A stretch of 63,008 nucleotides of DNA, the filler included, from Reclinomonas americana ATCC 50394 (lineage: Eukaryota), in NCBI GenBank assembly GCA_048213135.1. It is 6 parts of one record of this genome, joined end to end, with 100 filler letters (N's around TTAATTAATTAA, not from the genome) between each part and the next. Parts side by side here need not be neighbours in the genome. Positions count along the whole stretch, not along the records: positions 1 to 25,775 come from PS015020.1; 5 more parts are not named here. One strand, given 5' to 3'. Position 1 is the first letter of the stretch, and each line of letters starts with the position of its first letter. Under the pieces are notes generated by a model that was not told where the DNA came from, did no database searches, and saw only the letters and a program-made list of their open reading frames with translations. The position numbers were made by a program, and so were the translations under genes. Shown here piece by piece: positions 8,149 to 19,870 of this stretch.

Positions 8149-11039
8149 ATGCTTTCCTCCATGCATCGCCGCTCTGGCTCTGGCTCCTCCTCGCCATCCT
8201 CACCCTCCAACACCGTCTACCCGATCATTCGCCACCATAATGGTGGCGATGTTGGCCCGTCTCACATCTCCTCTTCCTCGTCATCCTCTTCTTCCTCCTC
8301 CTCGTCATCATCATCGTCGTCTTCCGCGGGCGCAGCCTCGGCAGTGCGTCACCCGCCCATCGATCCCGGCGAGTGCGTCTATGTCATCACGCTGCTGTAC
8401 CACACGCGATGGCCACAAGTCATGTGTCACTACCGACGCTGCATCGACTATGGCGATGGGCCAGAGGCGTGGATGGACTCGGAGATGCTCCCGTACGAGA
8501 GGAACCCGCAGTTGCGCGTGGCGGAGAGAGCAGAGCGGTCGAGGGGCACGCACGCACGCATTCACACTCGCACTCGTGCAGACGATGGCGCGAAATCAAG
8601 ATCAGAATCGACACGCGCATTGGGGCGCTGCAAGACCGTCCGCTCGTCGAGTTCTGCTTCCACAACAACAAGGGCGAGGTGTGTGTGTGTGTTCTTGTGC
8701 TGGAGAACAAAGAGGAAAAAGGTTCTGAGATTCCTTTTTTTCTTTTGGTGTGTCGCTGCGTGTGTGTGTGTGCAACAGTGGGACAACCCGCACAAGGCAC
8801 CGGGTGCCAACTACACCGTAGAGATGACGCAGTGTTGGGCGGCGAACAAGGCCACTGCTGCGGCCTCCGATTCCATGGATTCCGAAGACAGCGGGGTGAG
8901 TGACGTCTTCCGTCGTCGTCGCCGGACCGGAGGCCTGTCTGTTGTGCTCACGTGTGGGTGGGTGGGGGGAGCACAGCACTCACTGGTGATCACCTCGGTG
9001 TTTGCGCTGTGCGATGGACGAGTGCGGCCGGTGATGTCGGAGGATCTGCGTGCGCCGGGCATGCTGCTGGTGACAGACCTCGATGGCACATTGGTGAACG
9101 GCGACGGAGCATCGGCGGACGATCCACAAACGAAAGCATTTGTGGAGCACTGGGAGGTGCGTGGGGAGTGGTGGGAGGTGGGGCACGGAGAGATGCGTCG
9201 TCGTCGTCGTCGGCGACGAGTTGGTTGAGCGCGAGAGAGAACCTTGCCTTTCTGCCGCCTGTACTGGGCCAAGAGTAGTGCCGCCCGCCAGTTGCAACCA
9301 CGCGCAGTGAGAGATGCTTCTCTGTTGCACGGGATCCTCGTGCGGCTTGTGCACCAGTCGTCCCTCCGTGCACTTGTTACCAAATTAGGCAAATTTGGAA
9401 GAAATTCTCACGCGCACATGCGCAGAATGAGCAAACGCTCCGCGGCTCCGTGCTCATGTACGCCACCGGCCGCAATGTGCGCCACTTCCTCGACCTCCAG
9501 CGAGCCACCGGATTGGCGCTGCCGGACTACCTGTTGGCCGGCGTCGGCAGCACCATATATGTTCTGCGTGGAAGGTGCGCTGCTGCTGCTTCAACCATGC
9601 GCTTGCTTTGCCCCTTTTTCCACGCTCTCCTTTTCCTCAGCTCGCTTCCACATTTCCTCCCATTTTGTCATTGCTTTCCTTCCTCTGCCTTTTCTTATTC
9701 GCTTCACTCCTCTCTCCATCACTCTCTCAATCACTTTTCTTGCCCCCTGTTTGTTATTGCCTCTCTGTCTTCCCCCATTCTTGTTTTGTCTTTGTTTTCA
9801 CCTTTTTTTCTTTATCGCTTCCACTCTCTCCTTCCTCTCTTGCTTCCATCCGCCTCTGTTCCCTTCCCTCTCCTTTCCTCTCTTTCCCTCACCCCTCTTC
9901 CCGCATCCCTTCCTCTCCTCCCCCTCCCTCAGCCCCTTCCCTCACCCCCTTCCCTCACCCCCNNNNNNNNNNNNNNNNNNNNNNNNNNNNNNNNNNNNNN
10001 NNNNNNNNNNNNNNNNNNNNNNNNNNNNNNNNNNNNNNNNNNNNNNNNNNNNNNNNNNNNNNNNNNNNNNNNNNNNNNNNNNNNNNNNNNNNNNNNNNNN
10101 NNNNNNNNNNNNNNNNNNNNNNNNNNNNNNNNNNNNNNNNNNNNNNNNNNNNNNNNNNNNNNNNNNNNNNNNNNNNNNNNNNNNNNNNNNNNNNNNNNNN
10201 NNNNNNNNNNNNNNNNNNNNNNNNNNNNNNNNNNNNNNNNNNNNNNNNNNNNNNNNNNNNGCCTGGAGCGTGGAGCGTGTCAACCGCGTAGCCGCCAGCG
10301 AGTTCCCGTTCCTCACCGTGCAGGTCGAAGAGCAGGGCGACTCGTCGCAGTACAAGCGCGGCTTTGTGATGTGCATCGAGGAGGCGGTGGAGGCGGTGGG
10401 TGGAGGAGGTGCCACGCTTCGCGACGTCGTGGAGCGCATGGAGCGCGTCTTTGGCGAGCAGTGTGATGCGCGTGTCATTGTCAGGTGCGCAGCTGAGAAA
10501 GAGAAGAAGAAGAAGAGAAGCACCGCCTTCCCCTCCTGTGTGTACTCATGATGCGGTGCAGTGGTCACAGCGGCTACCGTTATGTCGACGTGATTCCGCG
10601 CACGGCGGGCAAGCGCGCCGCGATCGAATACCTGATATCCTCCGGCATGTTGCCCGCGGAAGTCGTCGGCGCTGGCCGCTTCTGCGCCTGCGGGGACTCG
10701 ACCAACGATCTAGACATGCTGTCGGCCGACACGGAGGGCAAGTTGCGCTCTTCTTTCTCTTTTTCGTCATGGCACTTTCCCTCTTCTCTTCTCACACACA
10801 CAAGCAGGTGGCGATCGGTGATTGTTGTCAGTCGCTCCAACCACGACTTGTTGGAGTGGTGCGAGAAGCACCCGCCTGCCAAGCCAGGCTGGCGGTACTT
10901 TGCCGACCATTACGGCAGCGGTGAGTGCCACCGCCATTTGGGGTCAGCGAACACCTTTCGCGTCTTCTCACATTGTGTGGGCGTGTGTGTTGCAGGAGTG
11001 GTGGACGCTCTGCGCTGGTTCGGTTTTGCATCCTACTGA
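8149..11039 (+). CDS. HAD-IIB sucrose-phosphate-phosphatase-like hydrolase with N-terminal CBM25-like starch-binding module
   Basis: HAD motifs LLVTDLDGTLV, LMYATGRN, YVDVIPRTAGKRAAIEYL, ACGDSTNDLDML. The N-terminal ITLLYHTRWPQVMCHY...W...VEFCFHNNKGE/WDNP...GANY resembles CBM25/26. Start codon is uncertain and there is a gap at 9963-10260. Confidence 0.82.
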
Positions 11040-11111
11040 CCAACACCTCGAATATACAACCAAAAAAAGAGATTGTGCCTCACGTTCCGCATGTCTACGT
11101 GTCATTCAATT

Positions 11112-14100
11112 TTAGTGCCTCTCTGCCGATCCCACCACCGTTGCCGCCTTGCTGTTCAACCAGTCCTCCACGTCAAACACGATGCGCTTGATGATGCCAT
11201 TGCCCATGGATTGCATGTCGGCGAAAATGTCAAACACATTCAGTACGCACTCGCGTCGTCGCAGCTTCTCCACCTACAGCCCACACAACACAACAGGTGA
11301 GCACGACACTTGGCAAACAAAATGGAGACAACAACAACGAACGTTGGCAGATGCCAGTGGCAAGCACATGGCCGCCGCACTCGCAGTCATCTGGCGCGGC
11401 AAGAACGCCTTGGGCCGGAAGACGACTCCGACACGCGAGCGCACGTCACCGTCGTAAAGGAAGAGGGCCACCTCACCAAACCGCCACTGCGAGACGAATG
11501 TGAGAGACGACAACTAAACAGGATCGCAAGCTGGAGACTTGTCGCGTACCGTCAGCTCGCGCACGAGTGCCTGCGTCGGATGGAGACCAACAAAGAGCTC
11601 GCGATCCACCGCGAACGATGACAGCATACCACTCTCGCTGTGGTGCAGCAAGAGCAGAGCGTCGAGGTCGGCCAGCTCGGGCTTGAACAAGTCGCGCAGC
11701 GTTTCACTCGCCTGTGACGCATTCATGGCCATGGTCGAGCGAATCGTATCGACGGCAAGCCGTGCACGGTGGAGGAAGCGACCAAACACCTGAGAGACAA
11801 CCAAGAAAAGAAAAGTGTGAGAGATGGCACAAGAATGACAGCATTCAACTGCCGAGCATAAACTGTCAACCAAACACAAAGTTTCTCAGTCTCTCTTCAA
11901 GAATCACTTTCACATTGACTCCGCCTGTCTTCCACACTTCATTCCTCTCTTATCTCTTCCATTCATTATCCGCTCCCGTTCTCCTCCGCCTCTCTCTTTC
12001 TCCCTTCCTCTCAGTAGCTCACTCTCCACTGCCTTCTCCACTTCCACTTCGCCTTCTCATTTTCCGCCGCCTCCCTCTTCTCCTTTTCTGACTCTCCTCT
12101 CCCTCCCTCTCTCTTCCACTTCCACTTCCTCCTTTTCATTGCCTTTGCCTCTCACTTCTCCTTTCTTACTCTTCTCCCTCTCGTCTCTTCTCACCTCTCA
12201 GTCGCTCTCTCTCCCTTCCCCAGTATTCCCCTCCTCCACCTCTTCTCCTCCCCGCCCCTTCCCCAGCATATTCCTTCTCTCCTCTCACCTCCTTTGACGG
12301 CGCCAGACCCATCATCAACGCCGGCATCGGGTGCTTCGGCCCAAACGTGACATACATCGTCGGACTGGTGCGCTTCTGCACTGTGGCATCAAAGTTCGAC
12401 TGCAACTGCGCCAGCTGCACGGCCGTCAAGTCGCCCTCCAGATCGAGCACTAGCGGAGTGGAGTCCCACGGGAACGTGGCCACCAGCGCCAGCACACGGC
12501 CGAGCGCCGCCTGTCCGGTGGCCGGTGCCGTGGTGTACGGCCCAAAGCCGCTGGCATGTCGCGACACCTCGTCGTCGCCCAGGCCCACATACACGGCCAC
12601 CGTCAGCAGCTCCACCAACTCATCGCGAATGTGATCGGTGAGCATCTGTGAGTGCACCCATCGCTTCACCAGGCTGCACAAACAGGACCGAGTCAGGCGA
12701 CACGAAGATGATGAATCTGCAGGTCTGTCTCTTTCTCTCATGAGCTCACCGAACAGCCTTCGAAAACGATGGGTACTTGGTGGCCACCGAGTGCACCAAC
12801 GACGAGAATAGTGGTCCATCGCGCAGTAGCGCGGTCAGGTAGCGACCGCGATGCGGGTCACTCTGTGTCGCCAACCGCAATTCCTTGTCCACATGGAAGA
12901 AGGCGCGGAACACGAATCCATTGTGATAAATGTCGATGAAATCGTTGGTGATCTGCGACTGAATGCCGTTCTCGCGCAAACTGCACGCACGCACAGTCAG
13001 CGACTCAGAGTTCTTCACCCCGTTCCTTGACTGGAGAATTTGCACACGCAACAGTTCCACGATGCGCACAGCGAAACCCTGGCGGCACTTGACCACGGCC
13101 TCCAGTTGGCCCGGCCACCTCGCGCTGCTCTCAAACTCCAACACAATCTCCACAGGGTCCGCGGTGCACTTGCTGGTGAACAGAGCAGCGTTGGCCGAGC
13201 TACTGCCACCCGGGAACGCGCCTGCGCGCTGGTTCGGAATCGGCGGGCACACACTCGAGTACCGCAGATCTGCCATAATGATGATTAGCGCGCAATTTGA
13301 TTCCTCTTACAGCTAGCGCATTGGTGACGAAACGTGGAGAGGCCGCTGACACGGACTGGATGGCAAGCGGCAGCGCAGACGTGTTTCGCAGCATGCTCGA
13401 CAACGAATCAAAGGCCTCACGCAACGGCGCAAAGATGGACGACACATCTGGTACACACACAGTGGGCGTGGTCAGCACGATGCGCTACACCATCATATAC
13501 GCAGTGCGCCGATTCCTCACCAACGCTCGGGTCCAATCGCGAGCTGTGCACAGCCTCGTCGAGTGCCGCGTCAGTCTCCGCGAGCCCCGTTACGTCGACC
13601 TCCACCGACGGTCCGCCGTGGTGCAACTGCAGAATGTACTTGGCAATGGCGCCGACAACCAGATGCCTTCGTGGCAGCGGGAAATCCCACACTGCGGGTG
13701 GGCGATGGCTTTTTTCAGACACATAAACGCACGCCATGGACTTGCGAGATCGCGTACCGACAGCGTGCAGAATGGTACCGTCACGGAAACGACGCATCTC
13801 GCACTTGGCGCCCCAAAACGCGCGGAACGCCTCTGCCTCCTCTCCCATCTCACCCGACGGGCCCTTGTCCACGTTGCGCGACACATGCTCGGCGTTCAGC
13901 ACCGCGCCAAAGAGCCACTCGTCGGGACCGTCACGCAACACCCTGTGGGAGGAGAGGTAAGACACACCCAGACACTGAGCACAAGCGTTACTGCTCACCG
14001 CACAACGCGAGCTCGGTCTGTGAGTCCCCTCGCCAGAGTGGCCTGCATGGCTTGCGCCGCTGCTCTCCGCCACTCGCTATTGCAGAGGGCTGGTTCGTCA

Positions 14101-16310
14101 AAGTTGGCGTCTCCATCGTCTGGGTTCGGCACGTGGCGCACCCGGAACACCACGTCGTACGAGAGCATCGGGTGCAGTCGAGTGGTGAAGACGCTGGCAA
14201 ATGCCTCCACACCCGGGCACTTGTCGAGCCAACGCAAACACGCTGTAGCATCGGTGCGTGCCTGTGTGTGCCGCTCACCGCATGAGAAACCCCGAGGATA
14301 GCCTGATCATCCCATCTCCCGCACAACACACGCACTCTCGCACAACACACGCACCATGTGCATCGCCGCTGCCGATATCCTCGAGAACAAGTTCAGCGTG
14401 TGTGTGGGATCAACCAGCACGCACGCAAAGTGCTTGCAGAACGATTGTAAGACCTGCATCACGTGCAGAAGAGCGGGTTAGCGTGCCATCCACACGGTAC
14501 ACACTCAAACACATACAACAAACCTCCGCCGACGGCGTCTCTCCAAGTTCATTAATCATGCCAACGCCGGCCGCAAAGTCGGTGACCGCTGCAACAAACC
14601 TTCCCATGAGTCACTGGATGGTGCACTCCCACATCCACCAAACATCAACGCACCCACAAACTGCATCAGCACACGCAGCGCCTGGTATGCATTCATGCCG
14701 GGCAGCACGCGATGCTGAGTGATCAGGTGCACCAGCAACATGTCGACAAGGAAACCGTTGAGGCCGTCGTTGGAGTAGGTGCTCAGTTGCGAGTGTGCGA
14801 CTTGAACGGCAGCACTGTGACGCTGGTACAACCACACACGCCCGAGACGAGCAGCATCCTGCGCGGCCGGACAGCGCGCCATCACCGCCGCACACAGACG
14901 CAGGTGCGTTTCGTACAGCGCATCCTCTCGCACGCTCGAATTGTAGTCGGGGGTAGCCGGCTGCTGGGGATCTGCAAGCGTGAAGTGGTCAGGCGCAGAC
15001 ACACCAAAATATCCCCACTTGGCACACACACACACACCATTCGTGTCGAGTCCGGTCAATCGCACGCAGTTGCGGTCGGGCATCAGCTTGCGCACCGGGA
15101 ATAGATCAGCATCATAGGTCAACAGCACGCGCACGCGATAGTGCATCGTGGGCAACGCCTCCAGCGGCGAAGGCGACTGCTCCAGGGCGGTGGCGGCGGC
15201 GGCCGCCGGTGAGAATCGCGGAAACAGAACCAGTACGGGCTTGCGTCGGTCGCCACGAAAGCCCTCCACGCACACCAGTGGGCGGAAGGCCGCCGACAAT
15301 TCACTGCCAGCATCACGCAGCACGTGTCGCACGTGGTTCACCAGAATGGCCAAGTACGCCAGTCGCTTGTCAAAGTACTTGTGTTGCACGTAGTCGCGAT
15401 CGAGAATGCACCCCTGCGTGGCAACGTCAGGCGACAAACCACCGAGCTACGCAGCGTGCACACACTCCCCTCACGCACCGACGGCATCTGACACGCCATG
15501 TCCACATTCAGCACGGGCTTGGCCAGGCACTGCCGCAGGTACGATCCCACCAGCGCAAATCGAGCAGGCGCCGCAAAGTGCAGCGCTGCCGGTGTCACTT
15601 GCGACGGATTGCGCACCACATACTCGTCCCCGTTGCCGGCCACATCGCCATGCACATCGACCACCGCCTCCAGTGGCGGCAGCTCGCCGACCAGATCCAA
15701 CACTGATCGATCGCCATTCCACTCCACCTCCGACAGGCACTGCTGCAGCGCGCGAAGTTGCGGGTCCAGACGCTTCTTGCACTGCGCATAGTCGACGCGG
15801 ATCTCGCGTTGCAACTCGTCCAACTGTGCAGACGCCACCCCCATCAGCAACACTTTTAGAGAGAGTGATTGACAAGAGACCGACCTGCAACTTGAGCAGA
15901 TTGTTGGCGGAAATCGCCTCTGTTTCGCGCAACAAGAGAGACTCCTCGGCAGTCGGCGGCCGATACAACGACGGCCCTCGTCCATTGGTGCGCTGACGCT
16001 TCTGCGCAGGTCGTCCATCGTCGTCTTCATCACTATATGCTGCTCCTCCTTCCTCGTCACTGCCGCCATTCTCCTCGTCATCATCATGCGAGGCCATGGG
16101 CTCCTCCTCGTCGTCGGCGGCGTCGGAAGAGGGCGGGGCCATGTGCTGTTGATGTGAATCAGCAGATGCGCCACCACTTCCACTCACGCCCGCCATGAAC
16201 TGCAGAAAGCCGTCGTCTCCGCCACCGCCAAACGCAGCGGCGGTGTCGTCGTCATCGTCGGCAGCAGCTGCAGCTGCAGCCTTCTTCGGCAGTCGACTGC
16301 GTTTTCCCAT
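11112..16310 (-). CDS. NOL6: Nucleolar protein 6 / U3 snoRNP protein Utp22 (Nrap family), multi-exon
   Basis: LVGSY...NVDMACQMP, DYVQHKYFDKRLAYL, TPDYNSSV, FRAFWGAKCEMRRFRDGTILHAV, LEFESSARWP, and C-terminal VLNVFDIFADMQSMGNGII. Alternative ATG at 16337. Confidence 0.93.
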
Positions 16311-16367
16311 TTTGCGTGTTTGCGACGAGGAGGACATATGTGTTGAACGTCGGTCGACGTTTTTTTA

Positions 16368-18076
16368 CTAGACGCGACCGCAACACTTGCTGCGTCTCCC
16401 TTGCCGTTGCTGAGCAGCCAGTGCCTCCAGCTGCAACACCAACAAAAAAACCACGACGTCGAGAGTGAGCTCATTTCATCCAGCACAACGTCGAGCATTG
16501 AAGTGTACCCTACGTACCTCCACCGCGGCCATGCTCGGCAGCCGGTCCCACGTGTCGACGGCGTAGTGATCGGCGGCGTCGAGTTCCACGATTTGCTTCA
16601 CAAACAGGCCCATCAACTGGCGCGGCTCGTTCACGCCCGGTCGGGTGGCCGACAACTCGTAACTGCGAATATAACCCAGGTGAGAGAGCGAGCGACTCAC
16701 AGCGCGCGTTGCATGTGCCCTCACCATGCATTGACCCTTGCGGTGGCTGGCCGCCGGAACATGTCGGCCTTGTTCTCCTCGGCGGTCACCTCACGCAACG
16801 CCTGCGCAATGTCGGCGTCGCTGAGTTCGTACTGCGACGGCTCCACGTCGGCCTTGTTGGAGGCGATGCAGAACGGTAGACTGTAGCCGTTGCGCTCGCG
16901 CGAGGCCACGTTGGCGTTGAGGTGCCACTGCGGAACGGAGCGCACGCTTCGGCGATCGGTCACCGAGCACAGCAGCATCACTCCATGCACGTCCTTCCAC
17001 AGCGAGCGGATCAGCGAAAACGACTCGTCGGTGCCGGCCGAGTCCAACACGCGCAGCCGATAGAACTTGTTGTTGAGCTCCACCAAGTAGTCGTACACCT
17101 CCACTGCGGCATCACATGGAAAAACAGGCATGTTACTATGAGTTGTCACTCTCACTCTCCTCCTTCTTCGTCATGCAACGCAACGAGAAACAGTGGCCTT
17201 GGGCTTCTCGTACCGCTCGGCCAGGCGATAGCAAAACTGCGTCTTTCCAACAGCCGCCGAACCGGCGACCACCACTCGCAGCGTCTTCTCCGCGCGCTTG
17301 TCCAGCGCGACCTGCAGACCGGAGTGGAAAATGACGCCCGTGTCGTCCGTGGGAATGGGCGTCAGCAGGCGGCCCACCGAGTTGCTCGAGTATTGTCGCG
17401 TCAGCGACGGGAGCTTGGGCGGTGCTGCTGCTGCAGGTGCAGGCACAGGCGCTGTCGTCGAGGCTCCAGCCCCCGACAGTGACGACGAGTCACTCGACGC
17501 TTGTCGCTGCAGTCGTGCTGCTGTCGCCGGTGCCGCCAGCACAGTCAGCGTCAGGTCGTCCACCTTTAGTGCCGAGGTCGGAATGCGGAAGTCTCCTACG
17601 GAAGGAGTGAGTGACTGCTGGAACGAGAGTAGTGGAAAGAGGGGCGACACACCCTTGGGCTTGGCATCGGCTGCGGGCTCGCGTGGCACCAGCGTGACCT
17701 GCGTGGAGATGGGGTAGGTGCCGAGGATGGCACCGACGGTCTTGGAGGCCTCGCGCCGCTCCGCCATGTACACCAAATCGCAGTCGGAGAGATTAGGCAA
17801 ACCTGCTCGTCCTTGTCACTCATCCGCTGCACACGCACTTTCCTTCCCTCTGACAACGAATGCGCAACGTTCTCTCGCAGCCTCCACCACATCGGCCACG
17901 GTGTTGTCTGGCAGGAACGACTGTGAAAACGACCCGTGTGGCGACACAATGCGCAGACTGACAGGTCCTCCTCTGTTGCCACCACCACCACCACCACCAC
18001 CACCAAGTGGATTCTGAGAGGCAAAAGAGCCGTTCAGCGAGCCACTGCCGGAGCCACTGCTCGAACCTCGTCGCAT
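16368..18076 (-). CDS. Atypical Ras-superfamily small GTPase with long N-terminal extension (possible ubiquitin-like fold)
   Basis: G1 VVVAGSAAVGKT, G3 LDSAGT, G4 NKAD, G5 ELSAT. The last exon ends RRSKCCGRV*, a prenylation-type end. Confidence 0.85.
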
Positions 18077-18281
18077 TACCTACGCCTGTCCTGACGCACT
18101 TGATATCTCCGCCCGTCACTGACGTCGCATGCAACCGGTTCACCCAATGACCAGTCTGTGCGTGTGGCAGACTCAAGATGCGCAGTATGGTGTGCAAGAA
18201 GGAGCGCCACTGAGTCGCCTTCTATATCGTTTCCGACGACGTTTTCTTGTCCCGCAGTGACCGTGTCTTCCGGCATTCGCG

Positions 18282-19751
18282 ATGAGTGCCGAGGCAGCCA
18301 CATCGTGGGCGATTGTGCTGCATGGTGGCGCCGGAACCATCAGTGAGTACTGTATCGTCATTGTCGTCGTTGCGGTGCCTGCATGCTTTCCATGACGCAT
18401 TGTGCAGGCCGCGACTCATTCGAGCGTGTGGCCGACGAGTATCGTGCGGCTCTTCGCGCTGCTGTCGAGGCGGGCGAGGCGATCTTGCGTGAGGGAGGCG
18501 CGGCGGTCGATGCCGTGGAGGTCGGACTGGACGCAGTCCTTTTTGTGTGTCGCGTCACTCAACTCGCTCACCTCCGCATCGTGCAGGCCGCGGTGCGATC
18601 GATGGAGGACTGCCCACTGTTCAACGCCGGACGCGGCTCCGTGTTCAACGAGCGAGAGGAGCACGAGATGGATGCATGCATTGCCGACGGTTGGGAGCGA
18701 TCGCTGCGATGCATAGCCATCGCCCTCCACTGACCCCCTTCTGCGTGCTCTGCAGGCGGCAAGGAGGCGATGGGTTCGGTGACCCTCGTCAAGACGCTGC
18801 GGCATCCGATTGCGGCCGCGCGTCACCTCATGGATCGGTACGGAGTGCTCACGCTGGGCGGCGAGGTCGGCGGGCGTGTTTGTGGTGGTGGTGTGGCGTG
18901 TGGTGAGTGACTCACACGCGTACGCAGAATGCGGAGCGTGTGGCCATAGAGGCCGGCTGTGAGCAGGTCGATCCGACGTATTTCGATGTGGATCGCCGAC
19001 GGGAGCAGCTGCGAGCTGCCAAAGCAGCTGGCATGGCCATGCTGGATCACGGTGGCAAGCGAGAGGCGCTGACGCGTGAGCCGCACGGATTGGCGGGTGC
19101 CGTGCACCGCGCCGCCACGGCCGTGGCCATTGACGGTGTGCTGCATGTACATGTGCGTCCTCTGTCGTGCGCGCAACTCATGATCGTTTGCGCCACAGGC
19201 AAGTTTGGCACGGTCGGTGCGGTGGCTGTCGACATTCGCGGCAACGTGTGTGCCGGCACCAGCACGGGCGGCCTCACGAACAAGCTGGTGCAGTGTCGTT
19301 TCTCAGCAGGCATAAGTGATGGGAGCTGCCACTGACCCCTTTGCACCACAGGTCGGACGCATTGGCGACTCACCCACGCAAGGCCACTCGACAATCGCAC
19401 GCAACGGATGGTGCGGCGTGTCGACAACAGGCGTTGGTGAGGTGATGATGTATCACTGTGTGGCCTACGATCTGTATTCGCGCATGCGATACGGCCACAT
19501 GTCGCTGCGACAGGCTGCCGACTCTCTTTTTGACGAGGAGCTGCCCGCCGAAGTCGGGGGCATGGTAGGCATCGATTGCAGATCGGGCGAGGTGCGTACG
19601 TGTGACGACCGACGTGGATTTCGTGGCCACTGGCACTCGCTCACTCACTCCACCCGTCACCGCGCAGATTGTGATGAAATACACCAGCGACGGTATGTTC
19701 CGTGGGTGGGCCACGGCCTCGGAGAAGGGCGTGGCAATTTGGGAGACGTGA
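18282..19751 (+). CDS. ASRGL1: Isoaspartyl peptidase / L-asparaginase (asparaginase-2, Ntn hydrolase)
   Basis: AIVLHGGAGTI, MEDCPLFNAGRGSV, EMDACI, autocleavage GTVGAVAVD, TSTGG, GRIGDSP, TGVGE, GMFRG. Confidence 0.93.
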
Positions 19752-19870
19752 CGATGTCGACAACAATAACAGGCTGTCGAAACACATGTATATTCTAGAT
19801 ACAATTATTTCTAGATGCAAAACAACAATTAAACATCTCCACCACCCAACGACTGTACACGTGATGACAA

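Noticed and set aside
18282-19751. Asparaginase-2 as a maturation protease for the micro-peptides (RiPP-like system)
   Set aside because: It is over 10 kb away behind housekeeping genes and looks like an ordinary isoaspartyl peptidase. No RiPP tailoring enzymes are present.
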